Shown: positions 21,098-31,818 of the stretch, one piece after another
Layout of the letters: every line of letters begins with the position of its first letter
Numbering within the stretch: the first letter of the stretch is position 1
Source of the DNA: an uncultured Gemmatimonadales bacterium
GTDB taxonomy: Bacteria > Gemmatimonadota > Gemmatimonadetes > Gemmatimonadales > GWC2-71-9
NCBI GenBank assembly: GCA_963821525.1
Contig: CAWGED010000010.1
Span: 96,001 to 160,000 of the forward strand
Length of the DNA stretch: 64,000 nt
Reading direction: 5' to 3'
Notes under the pieces: model-generated
What the model was told of the DNA's origin: nothing
Seen by the model: only the letters and a program-made list of their open reading frames with translations
Databases searched by the model: none
Program-made: the position numbers and the translations under genes

Positions 21098-23734
21098 TCA
21101 CACTCCCGGTCCCACCTCGTGGAGCCGCGCACGATAGCGTTCTGCATCCGCCGGACGCTTCCAACTCTCATACAGCGAAACGAATCCCCGAATCACCTGC
21201 TGGGTATCGGGATGGGCGTCAGGGTACTGCTGTTCGAGGATGCCGAGCGCGCGGGTGAGAGTCGCTTCCGCTTCGGGGAAGTGTCGTTGCCTGATCAGCA
21301 GGTCCGCGTAGTCCGCGAGCGCTCGCGCGAGGAGCGCGTGCTGTGATCCCGAGACTCGCTCGCGCATGGGAATGGCGACGTTGAAGAGGGAGTCGGCCTC
21401 GCGGTAGAGTCCCCGCTGGGTCAGGACGACCGCGAGCCTGTCTATGGAGTAGGCCAGGACGTGGCTATCCGGGCCGGTGGCTTGTTCAAGGATCGCGATT
21501 TCCTGACGTCGCAACGAGTCGGCTTCGGCGAGCCGGTTGTGCCGGAAGAGAAACTCGGCAAGCGACCCGATGGCATTCGCCACTGAAGGGTGGCTCGCAC
21601 CGTAGCGATCCCGTTGCAGGGTCTCCAACCCGCGGAGCAGGTCTTCGGCTTCTTTCGGCCGACCCAACGCGTCGGTGGCGTTGGCCAGCCCGTTGGTTGC
21701 GTGAGTGAGAAGGCCGAGGCCGGCATCGCCAGATCCCCGGAAGGTTCCTATCGCTTCGCGATAGAGGCGCTCTGCACCGGCGTGGTCTTCGCGCACTCCG
21801 TTGAGGAAATCCGCCAGGTACACTTTCGCTTCCGCTGTGGTGGTAGCGTCCGCCCCATCCGACGCCAGGCGCACCGCGACCGCTTTGCGCAGATATGATT
21901 CCGCCTCGTCGGGTTTGCCCCGCCGCGACAGGATGGTGGCGAGCTGGATCATCGTCTCGGTGCGCTGGGGATCCGGCGGTTTGGCACTTTGCTGAATCGC
22001 CAGGGCCCGCTTGTAGAGCGTCTCGCTCTCCTCCATGCGCGAGAGATACGGCATCAGGAAGCCGAGCAGGTAAAGCGTCCGAGCCACAGCCGGATCGTTG
22101 GGCCCCAGCAGCGATGTCTTCATCCCAAGGGCCACGCGATAGAGCGAATCGGCATCGCCGTAGCGGCCCAACCGTCGATACAGAGTCCCGAGGAGTTCCA
22201 GGTTTTCGGCCACCTCGATGTGCTGTTGCCCCAGAGCCGCTCGACGCTGGTCCAGCGCCCGCTGATAGAGGCGTTCCGCATCCGGATAACGGGCGAGGTT
22301 CTCGTACACCCGGCCGAGAGTGACCAGGAGACGCGCTTGAATGACGGGCTGTCCTTCGAGCCGTTCGACTTCGGCCACGCCGCGACGCAGTAACTCCCGC
22401 GCGGCAACGGTGTCGCCGAAGGCGGCCTCCGGATCGCTGGCCTGGAAGAGTCCCACCAGGAATTCACTCACATCCTGTGACTGCCTGAGCGCGTCCTCGG
22501 CCCGGCTCCGCGCGGCGCTCGCCACCTTTGCCTGCCACAACGCGGCACCCAGTCCTACTATAAGGAAGACCAGCACGGCGATGGCCGCGGCCACCGTCGT
22601 CTTGTGCCGGCGTACCAGCTTCGAGGTGCGATAGGCCCAGCTGTCGGGGCGAGCCAGCACCGGCCGACCCAGGAGGTAACGCTGGATGTCCTCCGCGAAC
22701 TCGGCAGCGGACCGATACCGGCGCTCGGGCTCCTTCGCCAACGCCTTGAGCACGATCACGTCCACATCTCCGGCAATCATCCGCCGCAACGACCCGAGCG
22801 GTATGCCAAAGTTGGTCCCGTCTTTCACCGCGGCACTCGGCGGCTTCGGGACCACCTCACACACCACGTGGGTAAGCTCCGCCGCGTTCAGACCATCGAC
22901 CTGATACGGTCGCTCTCCAGACGCCAGTTCATAAAGCACGACGCCCAGGGCGTAGACGTCGGTCAGAACGGAGACCCGGCCGTGTTTCAACTGCTCCGGG
23001 CCGGCGTAGGCCGGAGTCAACCACGATGCCGTCTGGGTGGCGTCGCCCTCTTCTTCGTTTTCCAGCGCTTTGGCAAGACCAAAATCGAGCAGCTTGGGCC
23101 GGCCCTCCGAGGTGACCCGAACATTGCCGGGCTTGAGGTCGCGGTGAACGATGAGCTGCTGGTGAGCGTAGTGCACCGCATCGCAGATTTCGATGAACAG
23201 CTCGAGCCGGGAACGGAGCGGGAGTTTGTGCTCGTCGCAGTAGTGCAGGAGATCGGTACCTTCCACGAACTCCATGGCGTAGTAAGGCTGGCCGCCGGGC
23301 GTTGACCCGCCGTCGATCAGGCGTGCGATACCGGGATGCTCCAACCTCGCAAGCAGACGGCGCTCCTCGGCCAGACGCTCCTGGAGCCGCGGATCGACGT
23401 AGCCTGGGCGAATCAGTTTGAGCGCCACGACCTGGGAGAATCCCTCGCCGGATCGCTCGGCGAGGAAGACGGTTCCCATTCCCCCTTCCCCGATTCGGCG
23501 GATCAGCCGGTACGGCCCAATCCACTCCAGTGCCAGCGTCGGGCCCTGGTCGGCATCGTCGAGCCGGCCGACGGGTCCCGCGCCTTCATGCGCCGCTATC
23601 AGTGAAAGGACTTCGCTGCGAAGCTTGCTGTCGCCCTGACAGGCTTCACTCAGGAATGCGCTGCGGTGTGTTGGAGGATGCTGCAATGCTTCGTGAAACA
23701 GCTCCTGGACGGAGCCCCACCGGTCCACCGTCAT
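21098..23734 (-). CDS. Ser/Thr protein kinase with TM and TPR repeats
   Basis: GEGGMG, VALK, HRDLKPGN, DFG; TM; many TPRs. Confidence 0.95.
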   Translation of the reverse strand: MTVDRWGSVQELFHEALQHPPTHRSAFLSEACQGDSKLRSEVLSLIAAHEGAGPVGRLDDADQGPTLALEWIGPYRLIRRIGEGGMGTVFLAERSGEGFSQVVALKLIRPGYVDPRLQERLAEERRLLARLEHPGIARLIDGGSTPGGQPYYAMEFVEGTDLLHYCDEHKLPLRSRLELFIEICDAVHYAHQQLIVHRDLKPGNVRVTSEGRPKLLDFGLAKALENEEEGDATQTASWLTPAYAGPEQLKHGRVSVLTDVYALGVVLYELASGERPYQVDGLNAAELTHVVCEVVPKPPSAAVKDGTNFGIPLGSLRRMIAGDVDVIVLKALAKEPERRYRSAAEFAEDIQRYLLGRPVLARPDSWAYRTSKLVRRHKTTVAAAIAVLVFLIVGLGAALWQAKVASAARSRAEDALRQSQDVSEFLVGLFQASDPEAAFGDTVAARELLRRGVAEVERLEGQPVIQARLLVTLGRVYENLARYPDAERLYQRALDQRRAALGQQHIEVAENLELLGTLYRRLGRYGDADSLYRVALGMKTSLLGPNDPAVARTLYLLGFLMPYLSRMEESETLYKRALAIQQSAKPPDPQRTETMIQLATILSRRGKPDEAESYLRKAVAVRLASDGADATTTAEAKVYLADFLNGVREDHAGAERLYREAIGTFRGSGDAGLGLLTHATNGLANATDALGRPKEAEDLLRGLETLQRDRYGASHPSVANAIGSLAEFLFRHNRLAEADSLRRQEIAILEQATGPDSHVLAYSIDRLAVVLTQRGLYREADSLFNVAIPMRERVSGSQHALLARALADYADLLIRQRHFPEAEATLTRALGILEQQYPDAHPDTQQVIRGFVSLYESWKRPADAERYRARLHEVGPGV

Positions 23735-24309
23735 GAAGGAATGGATCCCCCGACCAGCTCACGATTGAGCCAGGCCCGGGCCGCGGTCCAGTCGCGCTTT
23801 ACCGTGGCGGAAGAAGCGCCGACCACTTCGGCGGTCTGCTCCAAATCCATGCCGGCGAAGAACCGGCATTCCACGATCCGCGCCTGCCGCGGGCTGAGCT
23901 GGGCCAGTCGCGCCAGCGCTTCATCCAGCGCCAGCAACTCGTCGGGACGCTCCGAGGCGGCCAGGATCACGTCGTCGATCGGCACCGGCTCCGCCGCGGC
24001 TCCTCCTCGCTTGTCGGCCTTCTTCATTCGCGCGTAGCTGATCAGGATCCGGCGCATCACCTGGGCGCAGGCACCGAAGAAGTGGGCCCGTCCTTCCCAG
24101 GAAATGCGATCGAGCTGAACCAGCTTGAGGTAGGCCTCGTGAACCAGTGCGGTGGGACTCAGGGTGTGATCGACCCGCTCCCGGCGCAGCTCACGCTCCG
24201 CCAGGCGGTGAAGATGGTCGTACACGGCCGGCAGAACGCGATCGAGCGCCTGGGAATCGCCCGCGGAGAGTTCGATCAGCGCCTGGGTGACATCGACCTT
24301 GTGAGTCAT
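23731..24309 (-). CDS. ECF sigma factor, kinase-associated type
   Basis: HTLSPTALVHEAYLKL, RAHFF, MRRILI, ECRFFAG, TVKRDW; ATGA overlap with the kinase. Confidence 0.92.
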   Translation of the reverse strand: MTHKVDVTQALIELSAGDSQALDRVLPAVYDHLHRLAERELRRERVDHTLSPTALVHEAYLKLVQLDRISWEGRAHFFGACAQVMRRILISYARMKKADKRGGAAAEPVPIDDVILAASERPDELLALDEALARLAQLSPRQARIVECRFFAGMDLEQTAEVVGASSATVKRDWTAARAWLNRELVGGSIPS

Positions 24310-24450
24310 CGCTCGAGGACCTCGGACCGGCCTGAGTCAATCCGCCGTGAAGGCGTGCTCAGGGTCCGATGAGCCGGGCAAGACCCCTTCTGCGCCTTCC
24401 TGTGCGATGGCCGAGGTGGTCTCGGCCGGTACATCAAGAGGAGGCAGGTC

Positions 24451-25860
24451 ATGACACGGTGGCGACCCGATCCGACATTCTACCCGTCGCCCAAAGAGGC
24501 GATCGAAGCGCCAGACGAGCGGCTGGCCTACGTCGCGTTGCTCAATCCCAAGGGCAGTGGCGAGTCGGATGGAATCGGTGTAGTGGACCTGAACCCCGAC
24601 TCCAAGAGTTACGGGAATGTACTGCACAAGACCGAATTCCCCAACGCGGACAACGAGTTGCACCACTTCGGCTGGAACGCCTGCAGCTCCTGCCTCTGCC
24701 CCTACGCGCCCCACGCCCACGTCGAGCGGCGGTACCTGATCGTCCCGGGGACCGGCTCTTCCCGTATTCACATCCTGGACACCAAGGCGAACCCGGCGCG
24801 CCCCGAGCTGATCAAGGTGATCGAGGGCAGCGAAGTGCACGCCAAGACCGGCTATGCCGCTCCGCATACGGTGCATTGCGGTCCCGATGGGATCTTCATG
24901 AACGCGCTCGGCGCCCCCGATGGCAATGGTCCGGGTGGGATTTTCGTCATGGATGCGGAGACCTTCGAGTTGAAGGGACAGTGGGAGAAGGAACGGGGCA
25001 GCCAGGTGCTTTCCTATGACTTCGGGTGGCACCTGGGTCAGGACACCCTGATCACCAGCGAGTGGGGCACTCCGAACATGGTCAAGGATGGAGTGAACCC
25101 CGAGTTGCTGCTCGGTGGCAAGTACGGCAACGCGCTTCACGTCTGGGACCTGCGCAAGCGGACCCACAAGCAGAAGCTGGAATTGGGACCCAACTACCAG
25201 ATGACGCTGGAGTTGCGGCCCGCGCACAACCCCACGCGCGCCTACGGGTTCGTGGGAGTGGTGATGAATCTCGAGGATCTGTCTTCCTCGATCTGGCTCT
25301 GGTACCTGGACAAGAACAACGGTGGCTCTGGCGAGTGGAAGATCAAGAAGGTGATCGACATTCCGGCCGAGCACGCTTCGCCGGACGATTTGCCGCCTTT
25401 GCTCAAGGGCTTCAGCGCAGTGCCGCCACTGGTGACCGACATCAACCTCACTGTGGACGACAAGTTCCTCTACGTGTCGTGCTGGGGGACCGGGCATTTC
25501 CTGCAGTATGACGTATCGAATCCATTCCACCCGACCCTGACCGGTTCGGTCCGGCTGGGCGGCATCGTGGGGAGGACCAGCCATCCCGCCAAGCCCAAGA
25601 AGCCGCTCAACGGCGGCCCGCAGATGGTTGAGCTGAGCCGCGACGGCAAGCGGGTCTACGTGACGAACGCCTTGTACTCCCCGTGGGATGCTCAGTTCTA
25701 CCCGGATGGGATCAAGGGCTGGATGGCCAAGCTGGACGCTTCGCCGAAGGGTGGGATGGCGCTCGACACCAGGTTCCTCACCGAGTTCGAGAACCTGCGG
25801 CCGCACCAGGTCCGGCTCGAGGGCGGTGACGCTTCGTCGGACTCGTTCTGCTTCTCGTGA
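24451..25860 (+). CDS. selenium-binding protein SBP56 / methanethiol oxidase family
   Basis: ELHHFGWNACSSC, PHTVHC, YDFGW, GGPQMVELSRDGKRVYVT, WDAQFYP, GGDASSD. Confidence 0.92.
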   Translation: MTRWRPDPTFYPSPKEAIEAPDERLAYVALLNPKGSGESDGIGVVDLNPDSKSYGNVLHKTEFPNADNELHHFGWNACSSCLCPYAPHAHVERRYLIVPGTGSSRIHILDTKANPARPELIKVIEGSEVHAKTGYAAPHTVHCGPDGIFMNALGAPDGNGPGGIFVMDAETFELKGQWEKERGSQVLSYDFGWHLGQDTLITSEWGTPNMVKDGVNPELLLGGKYGNALHVWDLRKRTHKQKLELGPNYQMTLELRPAHNPTRAYGFVGVVMNLEDLSSSIWLWYLDKNNGGSGEWKIKKVIDIPAEHASPDDLPPLLKGFSAVPPLVTDINLTVDDKFLYVSCWGTGHFLQYDVSNPFHPTLTGSVRLGGIVGRTSHPAKPKKPLNGGPQMVELSRDGKRVYVTNALYSPWDAQFYPDGIKGWMAKLDASPKGGMALDTRFLTEFENLRPHQVRLEGGDASSDSFCFS

Positions 25861-25867
25861 GGTTGCC

Positions 25868-26488
25868 GTGACCGACGTACCGATGCTGGCGCTGGGCGCC
25901 TGGCACGGAGTAAACCCGGGGATGGGCTGGCTGTTTGCGGTCGCCCTCGGGATGCAACAGGGCAAGGGGCGCGCCGTGTGGCTCGCCCTTCCACCTCTCG
26001 CGCTGGGCCACGCGCTCGCGGTGGGGGCCGCCGTTTCGTCGGCGGCCTTCCTCGGCCTCCTGTTCGATCCAGCCACACTGAAGTGGGTCGTGGCGGGAAT
26101 GCTGCTCTGCTTTGGGATTTATCGGCTCACCATAGCCCGGCATCCCCGTTTCGGCGGCATGCAGGTCGGATTCAAGGACCTCACGGTATGGTCGGCGCTC
26201 ATGGCGTCGGCCCACGGTGCCGGACTGATGGTGATCCCGTTCGTCGTGGAGAGCGAGACCATGTCGCACGCGGGTCACATGAGTCACGCGATGGTCGGAA
26301 TAGGACCAGGGTCCGCCTTACACGCCACGGCTCTGCACACTCTGGGTTATCTGCTGGTGACTGGACTGGTGGCGGTCGTGGTACACGAACGACTGGGGCT
26401 GCGACTGCTGCGCACCCATTGGCTCAACCTGGACCTGGTGTGGGGAGGTGCCTTGATCGTTACGGCGCTGGTGACGCCGCTCATCTAA
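25868..26488 (+). CDS. His-containing membrane protein downstream of SBP56
   Basis: LGAWHGVNPGMGWLFAVALG, GH, AHGAGLM, His/Met-rich loop. Confidence 0.8.
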   Translation: MTDVPMLALGAWHGVNPGMGWLFAVALGMQQGKGRAVWLALPPLALGHALAVGAAVSSAAFLGLLFDPATLKWVVAGMLLCFGIYRLTIARHPRFGGMQVGFKDLTVWSALMASAHGAGLMVIPFVVESETMSHAGHMSHAMVGIGPGSALHATALHTLGYLLVTGLVAVVVHERLGLRLLRTHWLNLDLVWGGALIVTALVTPLI

Positions 26489-26565
26489 GGCCGATTGGGC
26501 GGTTCTTTGCAACGACTTGCCGCGAGTCTATTCTTTGTTCACGGTACCCTATCCGAGAGGCTTCT

Positions 26566-27030
26566 ATGCGTTCGCTGACCTTTTCCGCTGTGTTGCTGAT
26601 GGCGGCTACTCCTCTATTCGCACAGGACACCACAGCCGCAAAGCCCGCTGCCCTCGCCTGGGGCCCCGCCCCGGCCATTTTCCCCAGTGGTGCCCAGATG
26701 GCCGTGGTGAGCGGTGACCCTGGCAAAGCCGCACCCTTCGTTGTCGCGCTCAAGATGCCGGCCGGCTATCGGATCCCCCCGCATTTTCACCCCACTGACG
26801 AAGCCGTCGAAGTCAAGGAGGGCCTTTTTCTTGTTGGCATGGGGGATACCCTCGATCTGAGCAAGACGAAACCGATGAAGGTCGGAGAAAAGGGTAGCAT
26901 TCCAGCCCAGATGCACCACTTCGCGGCTGCCAAGGAGGCCACGATCGTCACGGTCAGCGCAATGGGACCTTTCGCGATGACGTACGTGAATCCGAAGGAC
27001 GATCCTTCGAAGCAGGCGACGAACCCGTAA
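26566..27030 (+). CDS. secreted cupin domain protein
   Basis: Signal peptide; IPPHFHPTDE...MHHFA. Confidence 0.85.
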   Translation: MRSLTFSAVLLMAATPLFAQDTTAAKPAALAWGPAPAIFPSGAQMAVVSGDPGKAAPFVVALKMPAGYRIPPHFHPTDEAVEVKEGLFLVGMGDTLDLSKTKPMKVGEKGSIPAQMHHFAAAKEATIVTVSAMGPFAMTYVNPKDDPSKQATNP

Positions 27031-27103
27031 TCCCGGCATCGATCTTCCCGGCGTTGGTGACACTGCTGATCTGAGAGGGCGCCGGTGTTTACCTTGTAGG
27101 ATC

Positions 27104-30064
27104 GTGCCACGAGAAGACAGCGCCGCGGCCAGGGACCTGCCGCGGCTCAAGACAGCCCTGGCGGACCGGTACCGGCTCGAGCGTGAGCTGGGTACCGGCG
27201 GCATGGCCACGGTGTACCTCGCCACCGATCTCAAGCACGACCGCCTCGTCGCAGTCAAAGTCCTCAAGCCCGAAATTGCTTCGATCGTAGGAACCGATCG
27301 GTTCCTCCAGGAAATCCGCATCACCGCGAGGCTGACCCATCCGCACATTCTTCCCCTGCTCGATTCCGGAGCGGCCGACGGGTTCTTGTACTACGTTGCG
27401 CCCTACATAGAAGGCGAGACGCTGCGGGCACGGCTGGACCGTGAGAAGCAATTTCCGCTCGAAGACGCACTCCAGGTCACCCGGGAAGTCGCCGGAGCCC
27501 TCGACTATGCCCACCGCAATGGGGTGATCCATCGCGATATCAAACCGGAGAACACCCTGCTGTCCCAAGGGAAAGCCATCGTCGCCGACTTCGGCATCGC
27601 GCGAGCGCTTTCCCTGTCAGATGCTCCCCGGCTGACGGAGACCGGGCTCGCACTCGGCACCCCCTACTACATGAGCCCGGAGCAGGCGGCCGGCGATAAG
27701 GAGCTGGACGGTCGTTCCGACATCTACTCGCTGGGCTGCGTCCTGTATGAGTTGATCGTCGGAGAGCCGCCCCACACCGGTCCGACAGCGCAGGCGGTGC
27801 TGGCCCGGATCATGGTGGATCCGGTTCGGAGTATTCGCGCGGTGCGCGATGCAGTCCCGGAGTCTCTCGAGCGGACGATCCTTCGGGCCCTCGCTCGGGC
27901 TCCGGCGGATCGCTTCGCGACGGCGGGGGACTTTGCAGCCGCTTTGGCCCAACCAGCGGAGCCACAGCTTCGCAGTGGGATTCCCCGGCCCTGGCGGATC
28001 GTCGCGGTACTCGGCGTGCTCCTCCTGCTGGGCGTCGCGGCTGCTCGCCTGATCCCAGGCCGATCGACATCCAGCGTGGTGCCGTCCGCTTCGCATATCG
28101 CCGTACTCCCCTTCACTCCAAGCGGGCCCGACACCTCTCTCACCCGCCTGGGGCGCGACCTGGTCTTTACCCTGAGCGCCGAGCTGGATGGCTTGGGCGA
28201 CATCCGGGTAGTGGATGCCCACACGGTGCTGGCGCAGACTGCGCGAGGTGACGTCGTCTCACCGGCTGATGGCGCCGCACTGGCACAGCGGTTCGGCGCC
28301 GGCAGCCTGGTACGGGGAAGCCTGATACGAGAGGGCGACAGGGTACGGGCCGACTTTGCGCTGCTTCCAGCGGACGGCCGATCCGAGCCGCTGGCGCGAG
28401 GTTCGGTCACTGGAGCGGTTGATTCCGTCGCAGCCCTCACGGATTCTGCCGTGCACACCTTGCTCAAACAGGTCTGGGTCGGGGGCGCCGCTCCGACGCC
28501 CAGTCTCGAGGGAGCGCTCAAGACCAAGTCGGTTGCGGCACTCCGGGCGTTCCTGGAGGGAGAACAGCTGGTGGTCGACGATTTCTGGGATTCGGCGGCG
28601 ACATCTTACCACCGCGCCCGGGAGGCCGATCCGACTTTCTGGCTCGCGGCCGCGCGCGAGCTTTACGCCAGGAACTGGACGCTTCGCGAGTCTCCCGATT
28701 CCCTCCTCGCCGCCCTCCGACAGCATCGCCAAGAACTGCCGGAGGCGGAACGGTTGAGCACCGATGCGATTATGGCGTGGTCCGAGGATAGCCTCGCGCT
28801 GGGGCTGCTGCGTGGCCAGGAGATCACCCAACGCTATCCGAGCTCCTGGTTCGGCTGGCTGATCTACGGTGACTGGTTGCTCCACAACGGACCGTTACTG
28901 GGCCATTCTCACGGCGAGGCCCAAGCCGCGTTCGAGCGAGCGCTGGACCTCAATCCCAATCTCATCCCGGTCCACGAACACCTCATGATGCTGGCACTCC
29001 AAACTCGCGACACGGCGCGAGCCGGGAGAGCCTTCGGCGAGCTGACTCGGCTTCGTGCCGGTCCCGGCTTGACCGCTGACGGGTACGGCAGCCGGATGCT
29101 GCAATTCCGCTTTCTCCTGGGAATCGCCCGAGGCGACAGCACCCTCACCACGAGCCTGATCGACAGCATCGCCCGGGACCCTGAACCGCGTGCCGGGAAT
29201 GACGGGACTTTCTATGATGCCTTTCTCTACGGCTTTCTCGATCAGCAAATCCGAGTGTGCGAGCGAGCCATCCAGGTTGGAGGTCTGACCAGAAAGGGCT
29301 GGCATCAGCGGCTTCTCGCCCTTTCATTGGCCGGACGAGGTGCCTGGGATGCAGCGCTGGTCGTCATGGATCGGCTGGTCGAGAGCGGGGTTGATTCGAG
29401 CGCCTCACTCCGGGCCTACGGGATCGCCGTTGTTGGAGCCTGGCTCGGGGCACTCGACGCCGGAGAGGCAGGACGACGTCGCGGGAGTGCCGCCTCGCAC
29501 CTCTCCACTCCAACAGACCGGGCCGAGTTGGCCTGGCTCGATGGCATTGCGGCGGCCACGGCGAGAGATCGGCCAGCGCTTGCGGCGGCACGAACCGCCC
29601 TCGGTAAGTCGGAAGATCGAGCGGCCAAGGTACTCGATCGCTCCCTGGCGGCATTCGATCAGGCTCTGGCGGGGAAGACCTCCAAGGCAGGCGCAGCGTT
29701 GGCTGCCCTCGAATGGGAGGAGGCCGCGGCTTGGGACCCTGACTTCGTGGACCATCCCTTCACCATCGCGGTCGATCGCATTGCCGCGGCCCGGTGGCTC
29801 GCCGACGCTCGAGATTTCGATCAAGCCGCTCGTTTGTTGGCCCTGGGGGATGGCGCCTATTTCATCCATCCCAGCGTGTCGTACAGCACAATGGTCAGCG
29901 GCCTGATCGCCCGGGAGCGGGGTCGGATCGAGGAGCAACGGGGGAATCCCGAGCCGGCTCGGGAGTATTACGGGGAGTTCCTGCGACGCTACGACCGGCC
30001 GGTGCCGGCCCATCAGGGAATGGTGGAGGATGCGAAGGCGAGAGTTGCGACATTACGGCAGTGA
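27104..30064 (+). CDS. Ser/Thr protein kinase with TM and helical/TPR region
   Basis: GTGGMATVYLA, HRDIKPEN, DFG, GTPYYMSPEQ. Confidence 0.95.
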   Translation: MPREDSAAARDLPRLKTALADRYRLERELGTGGMATVYLATDLKHDRLVAVKVLKPEIASIVGTDRFLQEIRITARLTHPHILPLLDSGAADGFLYYVAPYIEGETLRARLDREKQFPLEDALQVTREVAGALDYAHRNGVIHRDIKPENTLLSQGKAIVADFGIARALSLSDAPRLTETGLALGTPYYMSPEQAAGDKELDGRSDIYSLGCVLYELIVGEPPHTGPTAQAVLARIMVDPVRSIRAVRDAVPESLERTILRALARAPADRFATAGDFAAALAQPAEPQLRSGIPRPWRIVAVLGVLLLLGVAAARLIPGRSTSSVVPSASHIAVLPFTPSGPDTSLTRLGRDLVFTLSAELDGLGDIRVVDAHTVLAQTARGDVVSPADGAALAQRFGAGSLVRGSLIREGDRVRADFALLPADGRSEPLARGSVTGAVDSVAALTDSAVHTLLKQVWVGGAAPTPSLEGALKTKSVAALRAFLEGEQLVVDDFWDSAATSYHRAREADPTFWLAAARELYARNWTLRESPDSLLAALRQHRQELPEAERLSTDAIMAWSEDSLALGLLRGQEITQRYPSSWFGWLIYGDWLLHNGPLLGHSHGEAQAAFERALDLNPNLIPVHEHLMMLALQTRDTARAGRAFGELTRLRAGPGLTADGYGSRMLQFRFLLGIARGDSTLTTSLIDSIARDPEPRAGNDGTFYDAFLYGFLDQQIRVCERAIQVGGLTRKGWHQRLLALSLAGRGAWDAALVVMDRLVESGVDSSASLRAYGIAVVGAWLGALDAGEAGRRRGSAASHLSTPTDRAELAWLDGIAAATARDRPALAAARTALGKSEDRAAKVLDRSLAAFDQALAGKTSKAGAALAALEWEEAAAWDPDFVDHPFTIAVDRIAAARWLADARDFDQAARLLALGDGAYFIHPSVSYSTMVSGLIARERGRIEEQRGNPEPAREYYGEFLRRYDRPVPAHQGMVEDAKARVATLRQ

Positions 30065-30141
30065 GCTTCGCCGGTTGATCCTGCGCTGAGGTTGACAGCG
30101 TAATAACCGCAAAGCTGCGAACGCGACCAGCGGCGGGTTCA

Positions 30142-30217
30142 GAAAACGCGAGCCCGGCCCCCACCCCAGGGGGGAATATCACGGATCGATGTTGTGAGGG
30201 GGTAACCCGGAAAACGC
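30142..30217. repeat. dispersed ~75-bp intergenic element, copy 1
   Basis: GAAAACGCGAGCcCGgCCCCCACCCCA-GGGGGGAAtATC...AGGGG..TAACCC..AAACGC shared with 39358-39433. Confidence 0.7.
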
Positions 30218-30310
30218 AGTGCCGGCGGGATATCGGCAAAGGCGCCCCGCCGCAACGGGATGGGGAGCGATCGTCGGATACTGGAGCCTGAACCCTTGAG
30301 CCTGCCGCCC

Positions 30311-30745
30311 GTGACCGACGCGGACCACTACCGGAAACTCGAACACCTCTACGCCGCCGCTCCTATTTCGCGCTGGTACGGCATCTCGATCGCGATCTCC
30401 GACGGCAAGGCCGAGGTCCGGCTCCCGGTCCGTCCCGAGTTCTACCACGCGGCGAATGCGGTACACGGCTCGGTGTACTTTCGTGCGCTGGATGATGCGG
30501 CCTTCTTCGCCGCCAACTCCAGGGTACGGGAGGTCCTGGTCCTCACCGTTTCGTTCACGGTGCAGTTCGCGCAACCGGTTATGAACGGGGAAATGCGGGC
30601 CGTGGGCCGGTTGGTGCACGAGAGCGGCCGGCTGTTCATGGCGGAGTCGGATCTGCTCGACGAGGCGGGAAAGCTGTTGGCCCGGGGCAGCGGTGTCTTC
30701 ACCCGGAGCGCGATAGCGCTGGATCCGAGCATCGGCTACGCGTAA
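30311..30745 (+). CDS. PaaI family thioesterase
   Basis: HAANAVHGSVYFRALDDAAFFA. Confidence 0.88.
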   Translation: MTDADHYRKLEHLYAAAPISRWYGISIAISDGKAEVRLPVRPEFYHAANAVHGSVYFRALDDAAFFAANSRVREVLVLTVSFTVQFAQPVMNGEMRAVGRLVHESGRLFMAESDLLDEAGKLLARGSGVFTRSAIALDPSIGYA

Positions 30746-30787
30746 TCTGCAGGGCAATGCCGAGCACCCTCTTACTGGCGAGAACCC

Positions 30788-31012
30788 GTGATCCGCTTTG
30801 ATGCCAGGGCGCTCTACGTCGCCCTCGACGAACAACGGCGAGCCCGGGAGATGTCCTGGGAGCAACTCGCCGCCGCAATCGGTGTCAGCGCGGCGACGAT
30901 CACCCGCACCCGGATCGGCGGACGCCTGGAAGTGGATGGGATGCTGGCGATGGTGTCCTGGCTGGGCGTCCCGGTAGAGACGTTTACGCGGGAGGTCCGG
31001 GGCCGCTCGTGA
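30788..31012 (+). CDS. small XRE-like HTH protein
   Basis: MSWEQLAAAIGVSAATITR. Confidence 0.75.
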   Translation: MIRFDARALYVALDEQRRAREMSWEQLAAAIGVSAATITRTRIGGRLEVDGMLAMVSWLGVPVETFTREVRGRS

Positions 31013-31040
31013 GGGAGGTTGCGGGTAAGGACGTCGATCG

Positions 31041-31720
31041 ATGAAGACCCTGCTCTTCGGTGCGACCGGTATGGTGGGCACCGGAGTCCTGCTCGAATGC
31101 CTGGCCGATGACCGGGTGACCGCAGTGACAGCGATCGGTCGCTCACCCTCGGGCCGTACCCATCCCAAGTTGACCGACTTGCCGCACCAGGACTTCCTGC
31201 ACTACGAGTCGCTCCAGCCGAAACTCACCGGATACGATGCGTGCTTCTTCTGCCTCGGCGTATCGTCGCTCGGGCTGGACGAAGCAGCGTACACCCGCAT
31301 CACCTACGACTACACGCTCGCCGCCGCTCGAGCCTGTCCTGGCTGCCAATCCCGCCGGCACCTTCTGCTACATCTCCGGAGCCGGAACCGACTCGACCGA
31401 ACGGGGCCGCTCGATGTGGGCCAGAGTCAAAGGCCGTACCGAAAACGATCTTCTCGCCCTCGGCTTCCGCCGGGCCTACATGCTCCGCCCCGGCTTCATC
31501 CAGCCGGTCAAAGGCGTGCGGTCGAAGACCGGATGGTATCAGGCCTTCTATACCGTCCTGACGCCAGTGTCTCCGGTGATTCGTGCGCTGTTTCCGGGGC
31601 TTGCGACGACGACGTCTGCGGTGGGGCGAGCGATGATCCGGCTTGGGCTTGAAGGCTACTCAAGACCCATCGTCACCACTCGGGATATCAACCTGCTTGG
31701 CGGGCGAAACTTGATGTGGC
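31041..31720 (+). CDS. NAD(P)-binding epimerase/SDR-like protein (frameshift ~31330; 3' end uncertain)
   Basis: GATGMVG, ACFFCLG, ISGAG, WARVKG, RPGFIQP. Confidence 0.8.
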
Positions 31721-31818
31721 ATCGGGTGCCGCGATCGCGACCCTCGTCGGTCGGAAAAGCCGAACGGCACGGCAAGCGACCTGGCCCGCCGTGCCGTCGG
31801 GTTTGTAGAGGGACGCTC

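Noticed and set aside
24337..26076. 579-aa antisense ORF and similar long shadow ORFs (e.g. 55204-56460)
   Set aside because: They lie opposite well-supported genes, as expected in high-GC DNA, and show no motifs.
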